A stretch of 64,000 bases of DNA from Octopus vulgaris (lineage: Eukaryota). A model generated the notes under the pieces. That model made no database searches. It was not told the DNA's origin and saw only the letters and a program-made list of their open reading frames with translations. How positions within the stretch are numbered: the first letter of the stretch is position 1; each line of letters begins with the position of its first letter. The position numbers were made by a program, and so were the translations under genes. The stretch spans positions 100,688,001-100,752,000 of the forward strand of contig OX597821.1 of assembly GCA_951406725.2 (NCBI GenBank), in the 5' to 3' direction. Of this stretch, positions 1 through 12,924 are shown piece by piece.

Positions 1-339
1 ACTGATAATAATTGCAAAAATCAACCCTCTGAAGGCAAACGGGCTAAGACAATCTCCCAGCATATATTCAAGCATTTGGACCCACGTGGACCGGTTTCTC
101 CACTGGCATAATAGCCTCAGTTTCCTCAGCCCTCGTTACCATGATAGACACCTCCAACCCGTCTGCGCTGCAACTGAGCATTTGCGCCGAAATCATGGCA
201 GCCACCAGTGAAAAAATAATTTCAGTACGGAGCAAATAATTCATGAGAAAAAAATAATTTGCAAAGATATCATTGACTCTGTTATTATCTAGGGTAACAA
301 ATAAAAAATGATAATAAATGAATCAATAATATAGGCGAT

Positions 340-420
340 TCCCAGTGAACTACGTTAAGTGTACGTGCGTCTGGAGTGCTCAGCCATTTGCATGTTAATT
401 TCACGAGCAAGCTGTTCCGT
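340..420 (+). mobile_element. Fragment of the tRNA-derived SINE found complete at 7163-7550
   Basis: Reverse complement (acggaacagcttgctcgtgaaattaacatgcaaatggctgagcactccagac...) aligns to 7215-7295. Confidence 0.75.
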
Positions 421-752
421 TCATGTCAACACATACACACATACAGAATACACACACATATAATGATTGTCATGGCGTGTCAATCAACACAAACACACGT
501 CCGTTATCTATGACATATACACACAGTCTTGGCGCTCTCTAAGAATAGAAAAAAAAACGTCGACTTTTGACGTACACAATATTTTAATCATTTGGAAAGA
601 TTTTTAACTGAATGTGATTTCATCATCCGGAATTTGTTAATTTCCGTGAAATTTTTTTATTTATTTACCTTTGTTTTAAAGTAAAAGAGAGACGAAAGTG
701 AAAGATGTATGTACTTGTATATGAAATGGACGTGTGTGTGAAAGAGAGAGAG

Positions 753-807
<55 letters not shown>

Positions 808-1506
808 GAGCGATAAAGAGATAGAAAGAGAGTGAGTGGAGAGATGCGTGTCATATATACGTACATACATCAATACATATGCGCACATCTTTTTTGTATG
901 TACGTGTGCATGTGTGAGTGTGAGAGGGAAAGTGAACGTGTGTGTTCTCCATGTATGTGTAAGTGGCACTCTCTCTCTCTCTCCCCACACACATAAACTC
1001 ACACACACACACACATCGATTTCATATATACGTTCATACATCTTCCACTTTCCCCTCTCTCACTTTAAAACGAAAATATCAGGTGATTTTTAGGATAAAA
1101 ATTGTTTTAAAAAAGCTTATGTAAACTTTGCATACAAAAGTTTTCAGAATCGATGATATGGCCAGGGGGAAAAAGCTTTCAAGTTAGGTGTATTTAGTAT
1201 AATTTTACTTGCTTATGATTAGATTTTATAAAATTTTCATTAGATTTAAGCCCCTATTTTTTCCATAAGTCTTATTCTGACATTAAATGAGTCAACTCAT
1301 TTTATAAGTCTCTAATAAAGAAAAAAACGTCGACAGTTCCAGTTAAATGAGTCCAGAAGTTAGGTTAAATATATGTGCATGCATAAGTACCATGAATTCC
1401 CATTCTACAAACTGGCAAACAATTCCGTGAATACTTTACTGGGCATCAGTGGGTAGTAAGTCTACTATATATATATAATCAAAATAAGCAACAAGAATAT
1501 CTTCGG

Positions 1507-1599
1507 TAATTTGGTACGATCGTTTCACGCTACATCATTTTATTAAACATTGTAAGTATTACAACAGTTTTAAAATGTTGAGCAATCATCAGCCAATTA
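1507..1599 (-). ncRNA. Type I hammerhead ribozyme motif with long stem II, in a ~220-bp element between (TA)n tracts
   Basis: Minus strand: TAATTGG-CTGATGA-[TTGCTCAACATTTTA...TAAAATGATGTAGCGT hairpin]-GAAAC-GATC-GTA-CCAAATTA. Core intact, palindromic stem III ACGATCGT, stem I arms complementary. Confidence 0.75.
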
Positions 1600-1714
1600 T
1601 AGAGGTTTTCCATCAATGCATATACTTATTTTCATGTTAATTGATAACATTATAAAGAGGGTAGATATATAGACAGAGATGTTGATTTGAATGTTCATAT
1701 ATATATATATATAT

Positions 1715-1801
<87 letters not shown>

Positions 1802-1995
1802 TAGTATGAGCAATCTTGAGTATAATCATCCGAAATTGCAAAGATAATCTGGAACACGATTGAGGAAAGAAAACACCGAATGACCCGTCCTTGTTTTCTT
1901 TGTATCGTCTATCTGGATGTTTTGTTGTCTCTTTTTTGCATCACCTAACTGTCTGGATGTTTTGCGTTCTTGTCCCATTTTGTATTTTATATATA

Positions 1996-2392
1996 TAGCT
2001 TGCTTACGAACCAAATGGTTCCAGGTTCAGTCCCACTTGGGTAGTGTCTTCTACTATAGTCTCGGGCCGACCAAAGCCTTGTGAGTGGATTTGGTAGACG
2101 GAAACTAAAAGAAGCCCGTCGTATATATGTATATATATATAAGTATGTATGTATGTATATATGTATGTATGTGTGTGTATATGCTTGTGTGTCTGTGTTT
2201 GTCTCTCCAACATCGCTTGAGAACCGATGCTGGTGTGTTTACGTCCCCGTAACTTAGCAGTTCAGCAAAAGAGACCGATAGAATAAGTACTGGGCTTACA
2301 AAGAATAAGTCCTGGGGTCGATTTGCTCAACTAAATGCGGCGCTCTAGCATGGCCACAGTGAAATGACTGAAACAAGAAAAAGAGTAAAAAG
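1996..2392 (+). mobile_element. SINE family A (tRNA-like head, internal TA/TG microsatellite, (GAGTAAAA)-type tail), 5'-truncated
   Basis: Closely similar to 8750-9105, 39263-39653, 59471-59843 and 59943-60350; B-box-like GGTTCAGTCCC; tail ...GACTGAAACAAGTAAAAGAG. Confidence 0.9.
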
Positions 2393-3448
2393 CGAGAGAG
2401 TAGATATTAAGATATGCATTAGCACAAGTTCATGCCCTTGGTGACCAAGTCTTCTCAATCAGACCGATTCTACTGCACGACTGGTATGTATGTTATCGAC
2501 TTTATCATACGAAAACAAAGTTTACCCCCTCCCCTACCACAACTCCTACCTTGACAATGTTTGAAGTCCGTGTCTAAAAGAATGTAACTAAATACCAAAA
2601 GACATTGTATCCTGCATGTTACCATTCTTCCCATTGGCTGCACTTCCTGGTGATATAAATATCGGGTATAAAACAATTACGTTTGTGTTTTGAAATCAAA
2701 CAAAAGCTCTCACAAATATTGTGAATAGAAAGATTCGGGAAATAGAAAATGCACATGAATCTTTTAAGAACTTAATAGTATTTATTAATATAGTGTTTTA
2801 CACTTAGGAATTATTTCAGCGTATTTAAAAAATGTACGTAGAAAAACTATAAATATGTTCCCTGTAAAAGAGCGAGTTCCTGTATTCTAAAGCGATTAAA
2901 GGATCAGTACACAATTAGAAAAAGAAGTGGAGTATTCATTCTTCGTACACTAAATTGATGAAAATTTCAAAGATTTCATTGCATAACTAATACCACCAAC
3001 GATAATCAACGAAAGAAGTTTAGACAAAAGATGAAAGCCATGTTCGAAGATAAAATGATATTAACTGACAACGTAAAGAACTTTGAAATTCAAAAACGTC
3101 TCAAACAAAATGCTTTTTCTGACAGCAATTTAAAGCTGGTTAAGTTAGTTTTGTTATAAACCTCCTTGTTTGTTTGATGTTTTTCCTTTCTATCTTATGT
3201 TGTTTCAGTGAAGTGTGGCCATGCTGGGACACTGCCTTGAAGACATTGGTCGAAGAAATCGACCCCAGAATTTACTTTTAAGTTTGGTTTTTATTCAATC
3301 GGTCTTTTTTCCAAATCACTGTTTAGCGGGGGATGAGGGATGGGGGCAAGCAATCTAATACAAATTGCCAAGCTGAAGTGGGAGATAAGCATAATACAAA
3401 CAACATAGACACACAGACACACACGCAAATATATATTTATCTATATGT

Positions 3449-4345
3449 ACGAGACAAGATCTGATCAATAAGTATCCAGACTGTTGCTATAGTAACGACG
3501 TTAAAGCACACTGAGTAAAGCCGCTTGGCAAAGATGGACCTAAAATTCTGCCGTTCATGTGCGCTAAGTTTTAACGTTGAAGCTCACTTCTGTTGCTTGC
3601 AGCAGTGCTTGAAAGGAACGTGTGTAGCGTGTGATCATCGCACTAACCACGACAGAGAAAATTGTCATGGTGATGCCTGCTTAGAGGTCTACAAAATGTT
3701 GCAGAAAGTGTATGGAGAGGAGTGTATGAGCCGTTCACAAGTGTACGAGTGGTTCAGACGTTTTCAAGATGGCCGAAAAAATGTCGATATTGATGAACGT
3801 TCTGGGAGACCTACGACCAGCAGAACTGAGAAAAACATCGCAGATGTGCGTGCAGCTATGAGCAGAAATCACCGAATCACCAACCGTGAGTTATCAGAGG
3901 GTATGTAAATTAGTAACGATTCAGTTCAGTCCATTATTACTGAAGATTTTGCTAGGAAACATGTGTCTGCCAAGTTTGTGCCAAAACTGCTTTCAGCTGA
4001 CAAAAAAGACACTCGGGTTTCAGTTGCACAAGATCTGCTTGATAGTGACGAGGACGATGAAAACTTTTTGAAAATATTGCGTACACCTCTGATCAGGTAT
4101 CGCCAAGCTTTTGGCAAAATTTGATGCAGATTCTCTGCTCAACTTTGTCTGTTAAGGTTAATGTAATCAAACGCTACCCACCTTAGTTTCAAGCACTGCT
4201 GTAAATAGCGGAAGTGAGCTAAAATGTTAAAACTTAGTGCGCATGCACAACAGCACTTAAGTTCAATTTTTGCCAAGCGGCTTTATTCTGCATACTTTAA
4301 CTTCGTTACTATGATAATAGTCCAGATACTTATTGATCAGAACAC
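3449..4345 (+). mobile_element. Rearranged non-autonomous mariner with long inverted repeats; N-terminal transposase remnant only
   Basis: Translation EVYKMLQKVYGEECMSRSQVYEWFRRFQDGR...DERSGRP...VSAKFVPKLL (mariner HTH plus WVPHEL-equivalent motif); 3461-3614 is inverted at 4187-4340; no DDD domain. Confidence 0.9.
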
Positions 4346-4491
4346 ATATATTATAAATACATATATAATACATAGAGATAGATAGATAGATACATACATA
4401 CATACATACATACATACATACACATACATACATACATACATACATACATACATACATACATACATACATACATACACACACACACATACAT

Positions 4492-4524
<33 letters not shown>

Positions 4525-5158
4525 TACATACATACATACATACATACATACATACATACATACATACATACATACATACATACATACATACAGGATAAGC
4601 TTCTCTCTCAGTTTCTGTGTACCAAATCCACTCAAAACGTTTTTGCGATTATAGTGGAAAATACTAGCCCGAGGTACTGCACGGTGGGACTGAACCGAAG
4701 ACCATATGGTTGGGAAGCAATCTTCTTACCCACACAGCCACACCTACGCCTGTGTTGACCACCAAGAAACAACTTTGAACGTATTTCTGTCGGTGCACTG
4801 TCATTCTATATAGAAATAAATTATCTTCAATTGACAATAAAAAAAAATGGACGAATAAAAAAAAAGTTATTTGATGTCGATATTCCTTAGACAAGATACA
4901 AACTGAAGTTTCTTTACCTTTAACTTCAAAGAAAACCTTGTTTTTAATGTAAGAAATAATAGTAGGAGACAATGCAGCATGCTTTAGCGCTTGGAGACAA
5001 TTCTTTCTTCTTTCTTCTTTTGTCGGCTGTTATCTTTTACAGATCCTGTTGAAAACAATCTCAGCATGCGGTCTGTCAACATGTCCTCCGATTCGATTAC
5101 CAAAGCACTAAACTCAATCAACATTCGTATACTATAAATGTGCATGAACATGAATTCA

Positions 5159-5207
<49 letters not shown>

Positions 5208-5291
5208 GCACATGAACACGTTATACGAGTGCTGATTCAGATTAATGATTTGGCATATGTGTATGTTTGTGTATATATGGATGTATCTATC

Positions 5292-5349
<58 letters not shown>

Positions 5350-6528
5350 TACACATATATAGATGTATGTGCATAAGTATGTGTGTATATAATATAAATG
5401 TGCAATCATGTGCACGAATGCTCATATATATATACAGATATGTACGTATACATACATACAAATATATTTATGAGTATGGGTATACGTAAATATATATGTG
5501 TGTTTATGTATGTATGTATGTATGTATGCATACATGCATGTATGTAAGTATGTATTGTATGGAAACAAGCTATTGAACCTCACTACGTGATCAGGGATTA
5601 ATAGGAAAACCAGATTAACTGGGTTATTATATCAGTCCTACTATAAAGGTAGCATATCAGGAGAATCTCAAAGAAGGTAAATTTGAAAAATAATATAAGA
5701 CCGAAAGAACACAATCTGGTTAATATCCGAAATGCTATTTCATAGATACAGACATTCTACCTGTATAGTTTTCGATAGACTGTAGTTAATAAAAAAGAAC
5801 AACAATATCGTATCTGTCTTTTGTCTAATTATTTATCGAAACTACTAAGTAATGGTGTAATATACCGAACACGAACTGAAAATTATATCGGAAATTCATT
5901 AACTTACCGTATAGATTTAAAGCTGAAAATGTTAGGTTAGAATCTCAACTAATAGACAGTTTCTTATAGGTATTTCGTTACGTAATCACAAAATCGTGTT
6001 AGACGAGAACAAGAGAGACGAGATTCTTTAAACTATATGGAAATTTCCTATTTTGAAACTTTCTATTTTCCAGAACAGATGATCCATGTAATAGAAATAT
6101 ATGAGATTAGCTACGGTACGTATCACTGTTCTTATCAATAAACTACATTTTTAGCTGTTCAATGCGTTTATTGTAGGATAAAAGAAGTGACAATAACGAA
6201 GCGATAAGTCAAACAATAGTTGAATGTTTATTTGGCATAGCAGAATACAGTAAGCAGCAATTGTGTTATTTTAGCAGAGAAAACTTGGAAGAAATTGAAT
6301 TGCAGAGACAAAGATCCAATCGAAAATTACCGGGATTATATTGGTTCCAATCTTCAAAGAAGATTATCGATGTAAAATATACTTATATACCCAGAAAACT
6401 TTTTTTCTGTCTCTCACTGTATTTATTTCGATTCACTTACGCTCCTGACCCATAATTTCACACACACACACATACACGCATGTATGTGTGTGTGTGTGTA
6501 TATACGTGTTTAGTGTGTGTGTGTTGTG

Positions 6529-6587
<59 letters not shown>

Positions 6588-6592
6588 GTATA

Positions 6593-6647
<55 letters not shown>

Positions 6648-6829
6648 TATACGTATGTATGTATATATGTATGTAAACAGAAAGAAAGCAATGACTGAAG
6701 ATTTTCAGACGATGAATATTTAAGTATAAATATACAGATATCTCCAGATATTTCCAAACTTACACAGAATAACAAACGACAGAGAAAATTTGCTGTTATA
6801 TTTAATTTGTTTATCCGCATAATTGCCTC

Positions 6830-6881
<52 letters not shown>

Positions 6882-6930
6882 TGTGTATTTATGTATGTGT
6901 GTGAGTAGGTGTGTGTGTGTGTGTATTTAT

Positions 6931-7148
6931 CTGAGGGAGTGCTGAAAAGTTCCTGTTTTTAAGGGTATCGCGAAATGTTTGGTTGGAGGCCCATCCTTCC
7001 GAGTTCTTTTGCTGAGCTTAGAAATACTGAAGAACAACTGCGATAAGAGTGCGAACCTGACAGAGAAAAACGTCGAATAAAATCATGATTAACTGATCTT
7101 CCTGTTATTTCTTTTACCCAAACCCAAGAACTTTGCAGCATCCCTTCA
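6931..7148. mobile_element. Mariner-like MITE (~215 bp)
   Basis: Imperfect TIRs GAGGGAGTGCTGAAAAGTTCCTG / CCAAGAACTTTGCAGCATCCCTTC; no ORF. Confidence 0.6.
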
Positions 7149-7162
7149 CATATATGGCAGAT

Positions 7163-7550
7163 GGATGGAAGCACTCCGTCGGTTACGACGACGAAGGTTC
7201 CGGTTGATCCGATCAACGGAACAGCCTGCTCGTGAAATTAACGTGTAAGTGGCTGAGTACTCCACAGACACGTGTACCCTTAACGTAGTTCTCGGGGATA
7301 TTCAGCGTGACACAGATAGTGACAAGGCCGGCCCTTTGAAATACAGGTACAACAGAAACAGGAAGTAAGAGTGAGAGAAAGTTGTGGTGAAAGAGTACAG
7401 CAGGGATCACCACTATCCCTGCCGGAGCCTCGTGGAGCTTTAGGTGTTTTCGCTCAATAAGCACTCACAACGCCCGGTCTGGGAATCGAAACCGCGATCC
7501 TACGACCGCGAGTCCGCTGCTCTAACCACTGGGCCATTGCGCCTCTACGG
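7163..7550 (-). mobile_element. tRNA(Arg)-like-derived SINE (possibly octopus OR-type)
   Basis: Minus strand starts AGGCGCAATGGCCCAGTGGTTAGAGCAGCGGACTCGCGGTCGTAGGATCGCGGTTTCGATTCCC with A box, TCG anticodon-like loop and B box; flanked by 147-bp direct repeats. Confidence 0.85.
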
Positions 7551-8326
7551 GCTCAGAAATACTGAAGAACAACTGCAATAAGAGTGCGAACCTGACAGAG
7601 AAAAACGTCGAATAAAATTATGATTAACTGATCTTCCTGTTGTTTCTTTTACCCAAAGCCAAGAACTTTGCAGAATCCCCTCACATATATAGCAGATAGC
7701 AGATAAACCGTTCATGGGTTAAAGCGTTAGACCTGAACCGTTTGATATGTTCATATTGTGAAACTTGCAGAGCTAAATTCAATGGCGGTTTGCTGCTCGT
7801 TTTGACATCCTTACCGTAATAGCTGAAGCCAAACAGGTGTCAACGTGATTTGAACCACATCAGCGATGGTTTTCAATATCCCAGGAGCTCCATACACTCA
7901 ACCCTTGCTTACAGCCTAGATAGATCAATTCACTGTACATAGTAGACGGCAACAACACTGGTGGATAGCACTACCGTCACCGATGGGTTGTAAGCGCAAA
8001 TCCATATCAACCTCGATGTAAAACCCATCTTTTTTTCTTGAGACTGACAGACGGGCAGACGGACGGACAAACAGACAAATCCCAAACGCCATACGAATTT
8101 TCGTTTCCCCACGTCAAGTATGGTCGCTTGCACTTAGCTATATGTTCTTCCTACATTTTCCGTCTATCAAATTCATCGAGACAACCATTGGTTCACTGAA
8201 TTTTTGACGCCGAGAACGAGAAAGGGATGTCTAATGTCGTCTGTAGTGCAATGATTGTTCGAGAATGTTTGAAGAGGAAGGGGTGAAGTTTAGTATCGTT
8301 TCTTACACAAAATACGTAAGCTAGAG

Positions 8327-8390
<64 letters not shown>

Positions 8391-8538
8391 ACACACATAT
8401 CTACACGCACCCACGCACACACATACTCACACACTCAAACGCACGCACACACACAAACAACAGAGACACACCATCTTCACATTCCCCTGTCCCGAAAACC
8501 ACTTTCTCTTTCTCCTTCCACTTCCGGTCACTTCAGAA

Positions 8539-8749
8539 ATGTAACCGCACGTTGATTGTTGGCTATTTTTCCTTATTTTTCCGTGTTTCCCTTTAGGCTC
8601 TTCTCCTTCCGACGAAGAGCTAAGCTCGAAACGTAAACAACTTTCTCCCTTCACCGAGTGTCAAATTAATATATTCCTTGTGCACGTCCTCATGTTAATT
8701 GTTTTCTGTTTTTATCTCTACATTTTTAGTTTGTTTATTTGAATTAATT
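8539..8749 (+). mobile_element. ~210-bp hammerhead-bearing element, family 2 (degenerate core)
   Basis: Homologous to the reverse complement of 30632-30838; CCGACGA-AGAGC-TAA-GCTC-GAAACGTA at 8609-8635. Confidence 0.65.
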
Positions 8750-9105
8750 AGGCGTGGCTGTGTGGTAAGTAGCTTGCTTACGAACCACATGGTTCCTGGT
8801 TCAGTCCCACTGCGTGGCACCTTGGGCAAGTGTCTTCTACTATAGCCTGGGGCCGACCAAAGCCTTGTCAGTAGATTTGGTAGACGGAAACTGAAAGAAG
8901 CCCGTTGTATATATGTATATATATATGTGTATGTGAGTATATGTTTGTGCGTCTGTGTTTGTTCCCCCAATATCGCTTGACAACCGATGCTGGTGTATTT
9001 ACGTCCCCGTAACTTAGCGGTTCGGCAAAAGAGATCGATAGAATAAGTACTAGGCTTACAAAGAATAAGTCCTGGGGTCGATTTGCTCGACTAAAGGCGG
9101 TGCTC
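8750..9105 (+). mobile_element. SINE family A
   Basis: Head GGCGTGGCTGTGTGGTAAG...GGTTCAGTCCC; 3' end replaced by (TAGA)n. Confidence 0.9.
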
Positions 9106-9206
<101 letters not shown>

Positions 9207-10359
9207 GACGGGCTTCCACAGAATTCTCATACAAGGTTTTGGTCAACCAATCAAGACTATTATATAAAAAAAAACACCCAAGGAGTCGAGCAATGCAATC
9301 GTACTCGGAATTATGAGGCTTCTGAGCGAGTTTCCTCACTATGCAACTATACTTACGTATCTTCATATGCAGATAGCCATATTATGTAGTGACCACCTCA
9401 ATTTATGGAGCTTTTATACGGCGTCTCTTTTTAGTTATCACGAAGTAAATTGTATTCATTATCTTAAGATTACTTTCATTTTTAACCCTAATACTAATTT
9501 TAAATCTGAAAGGAATGCTTTCAGGATCTTATATGATCTTTGTTTGAACAAACTTAGAACTTCTGTTGAAGTTAATGAAGCGAGGCTTCACAATAATGCA
9601 GGAGAGATGTAATTTCACACTTTGTCAAGGAAAGTGGATTTGCAACGTGCTTTCTATTTTGATGATATATACTGTATACTAAAATTCTCTGAAGGTTAGC
9701 GAAATATAGAAAATCATCGCTAGAAAGGCAGATGACCCAAGGAGGGATCTTTTAAGTGATCGCTTGGGCTGTTACAAAAAGCAGCCAAATTTCCCTCAAG
9801 TCACTCTCCTGCCATTTTAGAGGTAGAAAAACGCATTGAATGACGTTGAGCTTAATGTGCCAAACCACAGAAAAAATGAGATTGCTATCGTTAGAAAACC
9901 ATCGACCATAGAGTTTGCCCGCAGTGGGCAAATCTGAGACTGAACAAAAACAACGAAGACCTGCCCTCAGTGCACAAGAACAGGTTTGGTGTGAGAAAAT
10001 GTACTTGTATAACTAGATTATCGTATAAGACTAGTACTTCTGTAACTAACATTTAAGTGCTACCACGATAGCTTTTTGATTCAGAACGTAGAACAATACT
10101 TTCTCCAACTTCTTGTCTTTACGGTGCACTGAAGATTAAAAAAACAAATTACTGACGCACTTCGCATGGAAAATAAACCAAATTATATTTCAAACGCAAA
10201 AATTAGAAAAAATATATCGAATAACTAATGCTATAATAAACCGTTCTGTCTCTTATTTTAAGCCAGAAGACACTAGCCATTGATGGGCAAGGGTGGTGGT
10301 GGTGGTGGTGGTGGTGTTGTTGTTGTTCTTTTTGTTGTTGTTCTTGTTGTTGTTGTTAC

Positions 10360-10578
10360 AAAGGCGGCAAGCTGATAAAATCGTTAGCACGCCGGGTAAA
10401 ATGCTTAACGGTATTTCGTCCGTCCTTACGTTCTGACATCAAATTCCGCCGAGGCCGATATAGTCTTTCTTCCTTTCAGAGTCGATAAATTAAGTATCAG
10501 TGAAACACTGAGTTCGATGTAATCGACTAGTCCCCACACCGAAAATTTCCCTTTTGTGTCTATAGTAGAAAGGATTAT
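10360..10578 (+). mobile_element. SINE family B, older tail type
   Basis: AAGGCGGCAAGCTG head, GTCGATAAATTAAGTA central motif, tail CCTATAGTAGAAAGGATTATT. Confidence 0.85.
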
Positions 10579-10579
10579 T

Positions 10580-11095
10580 AATCCTTCGTAACACAGCGTA
10601 GGTAAAAATGCACGAGAGCCTTTAGTCATCTGTCAAGTCACAACAATGACCTCAGACAGATAATACTTTCCTTAAGATGTGCGCTGTGCCCAATAAGGCT
10701 GTTTTTTGCAAAACATCATTCTTGCATGGGATTTACAGTTGTCTTAAGAAGTCTTGAAGTTTAAAAGGGAATGAGCCCAACGCTCCGATCACCACTGGTA
10801 TCACTTTTACATTACCCTCTCGCATTCTCTTTCATAATATTCAATAAGTGTATCGTACTCTTCCTTCGTCCACTTATGTCTGTTTTTGCGCACACCATGT
10901 ATATGATCTGTTGTGACATAACAACCGTCCGAAGTCAGATCACTGCACACGATGCGGGCGGTTTCAGACGTGCCGGGCGGGAAACATTCACTATGATCGT
11001 CTATAGGTCCATTCTCGCCGTTAATTCTTTCGTTGCTTTGTTGCATCGTGATTTCATGAGTCGTTCGCGGGGTTCCCATGAGAGTTGTTATTGAG
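10580..11095 (-). mobile_element. Internally deleted R4/Dong-like non-LTR retrotransposon
   Basis: Minus strand: N-terminal-type RHKWTKEEYDTLIEYY joined near 10820 to C-terminal KVIPVVIGALG...QKTALLGTAHILRKVLSV*, then a short 3'UTR. Confidence 0.75.
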
Positions 11096-11157
11096 ATACT
11101 AACACTCTCTTCCTCTCTTTATTTGTATATACATGTGCACATGTATGTACATACACA

Positions 11158-11218
<61 letters not shown>

Positions 11219-11436
11219 AAAGGCGCGAGCTGGCAGAATCATAATTTGCACGTCGAGTGAAATGCTTAGCGACATTTCGTCCGTCTTTGCGTTCTAAGTT
11301 CAAATTCCACTGAGGTCGACTTTGCCTTTCATCCTTTCGCGTTGGATAAAATTATTACCAGTTACGCACTGGGGTCGATGTAATCGAATAAAATCCCTTC
11401 CCCCAAATTTGAGGCCTTATGCTTCCAGTAGAAAGG

Positions 11437-11471
<35 letters not shown>

Positions 11472-11935
11472 AAAGGCAGCAAGCTGGCAGAGTCGTTAGC
11501 ACGTCGGGCAAAATGCTTTGCGGCATTTCGTCCGTCTTTAAGTTCTGATTTTAAATCCCGCTGAGGTCGACTTTGCATTTCCCCCTTTCGGGGTCGATAA
11601 ATTAAGTACCAGTGAAACACTGAGGTCGATGTAATCGACTTGTCTCCTCTCCCTAAAATTTAAGGCTTTGTGCCTACAGTAGAAAGGATTATTATCATTA
11701 TTATTAAAGTGACGAGCTGGCAGAATTGTTAGCACGCCGGACAAAATGTCTGACGGCATTTCGTCAGTGTTTACCATCTGAGTTCAAATCCCGCCATGGT
11801 CGACTCTACATTTCATCCTTTCGGGTCCGATAAAATAAATACCAGTTGAACACTGAGGTCAATATAATCGACTTACCCTTGTCCCGAGCCCGCTGGACCT
11901 GTGCCAAAATTTGAAACCATTATTATTATTATTAT
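11219..11935 (+). mobile_element. Three head-to-tail SINE family B copies separated by (TTA)n
   Basis: Heads at about 11219, 11472 and 11706; each has GAGGTCGACTTTGCCTTTCATCCTTTCG-like and GTCGATGTAATCGA-like motifs. Confidence 0.9.
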
Positions 11936-12272
11936 TAAATGAAACCTATTACACCGAAGAATTCAAAGGATTTCTTATCAAATATCAAACAAGCGAGATC
12001 AAATGAGGGAGACCTGGAAATAAGACTTCATCATTAACGCATCAGCTATCTTTAAAGCCTCGTGATTTACTTTACGACTTCATTTAGCGCTGAAAAGGAA
12101 TATAAACTAGAAATCAAATTCCTGCTTTATTAAACATTACAAAACCATAAATCTTGTATGCAATTCAATCTGAATCAAAGTCGCTCGCTTAATTTACATT
12201 TTCGACAAGTATTGATGAAACTCGGTGAATATATATGCATACATTCGTACATTTATACATATACATTATATG

Positions 12273-12305
<33 letters not shown>

Positions 12306-12379
12306 AAATCTATATATATATGAATATATATATATATGGATATATATATATATGAATATATATGTATATATACATATAA

Positions 12380-12438
<59 letters not shown>

Positions 12439-12446
12439 CATACATG

Positions 12447-12479
<33 letters not shown>

Positions 12480-12539
12480 GTATACATATAGATAGATGTA
12501 CGCATGTGAGTACATTTATTAATTTTATACATATATATA

Positions 12540-12624
<85 letters not shown>

Positions 12625-12924
12625 GCTTGCACGCAAACATATATATATATATATATAAATGATATATGTATATGTCGGTGTTTGCGTGCAAGCGTGTGCG
12701 TGTGTATATATATATATATATATATATATGGATTCTTCTATTTAATTTAACATGTTACAAATACCGTCTGTCTAGTTTCGACTATCTTGTCATTTCATTA
12801 AATAGAAATTCAAATCGTTATCGTTTTCCAACTAATATTTACTAATGTCGTCGTAGATACAGAAGTAAACAAACGACTACTTGAACAAAACGAACTAGTT
12901 TCGATTCTAGTTGGATCTTTTTCC

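Noticed and set aside
1-210. GC-richer stretch at the window start as an exon
   Set aside because: No recognisable peptide in the plus-strand frames translated and no clear splice context; truncated by the window edge.
6695-6720. Isolated CTGAAGA and similar heptamers elsewhere
   Set aside because: No downstream GAAA/GUH or stem complementarity; expected by chance.
7470-7545. Genuine tRNA-Arg gene
   Set aside because: Runs into a SINE body with no poly-T terminator; it is a SINE head.
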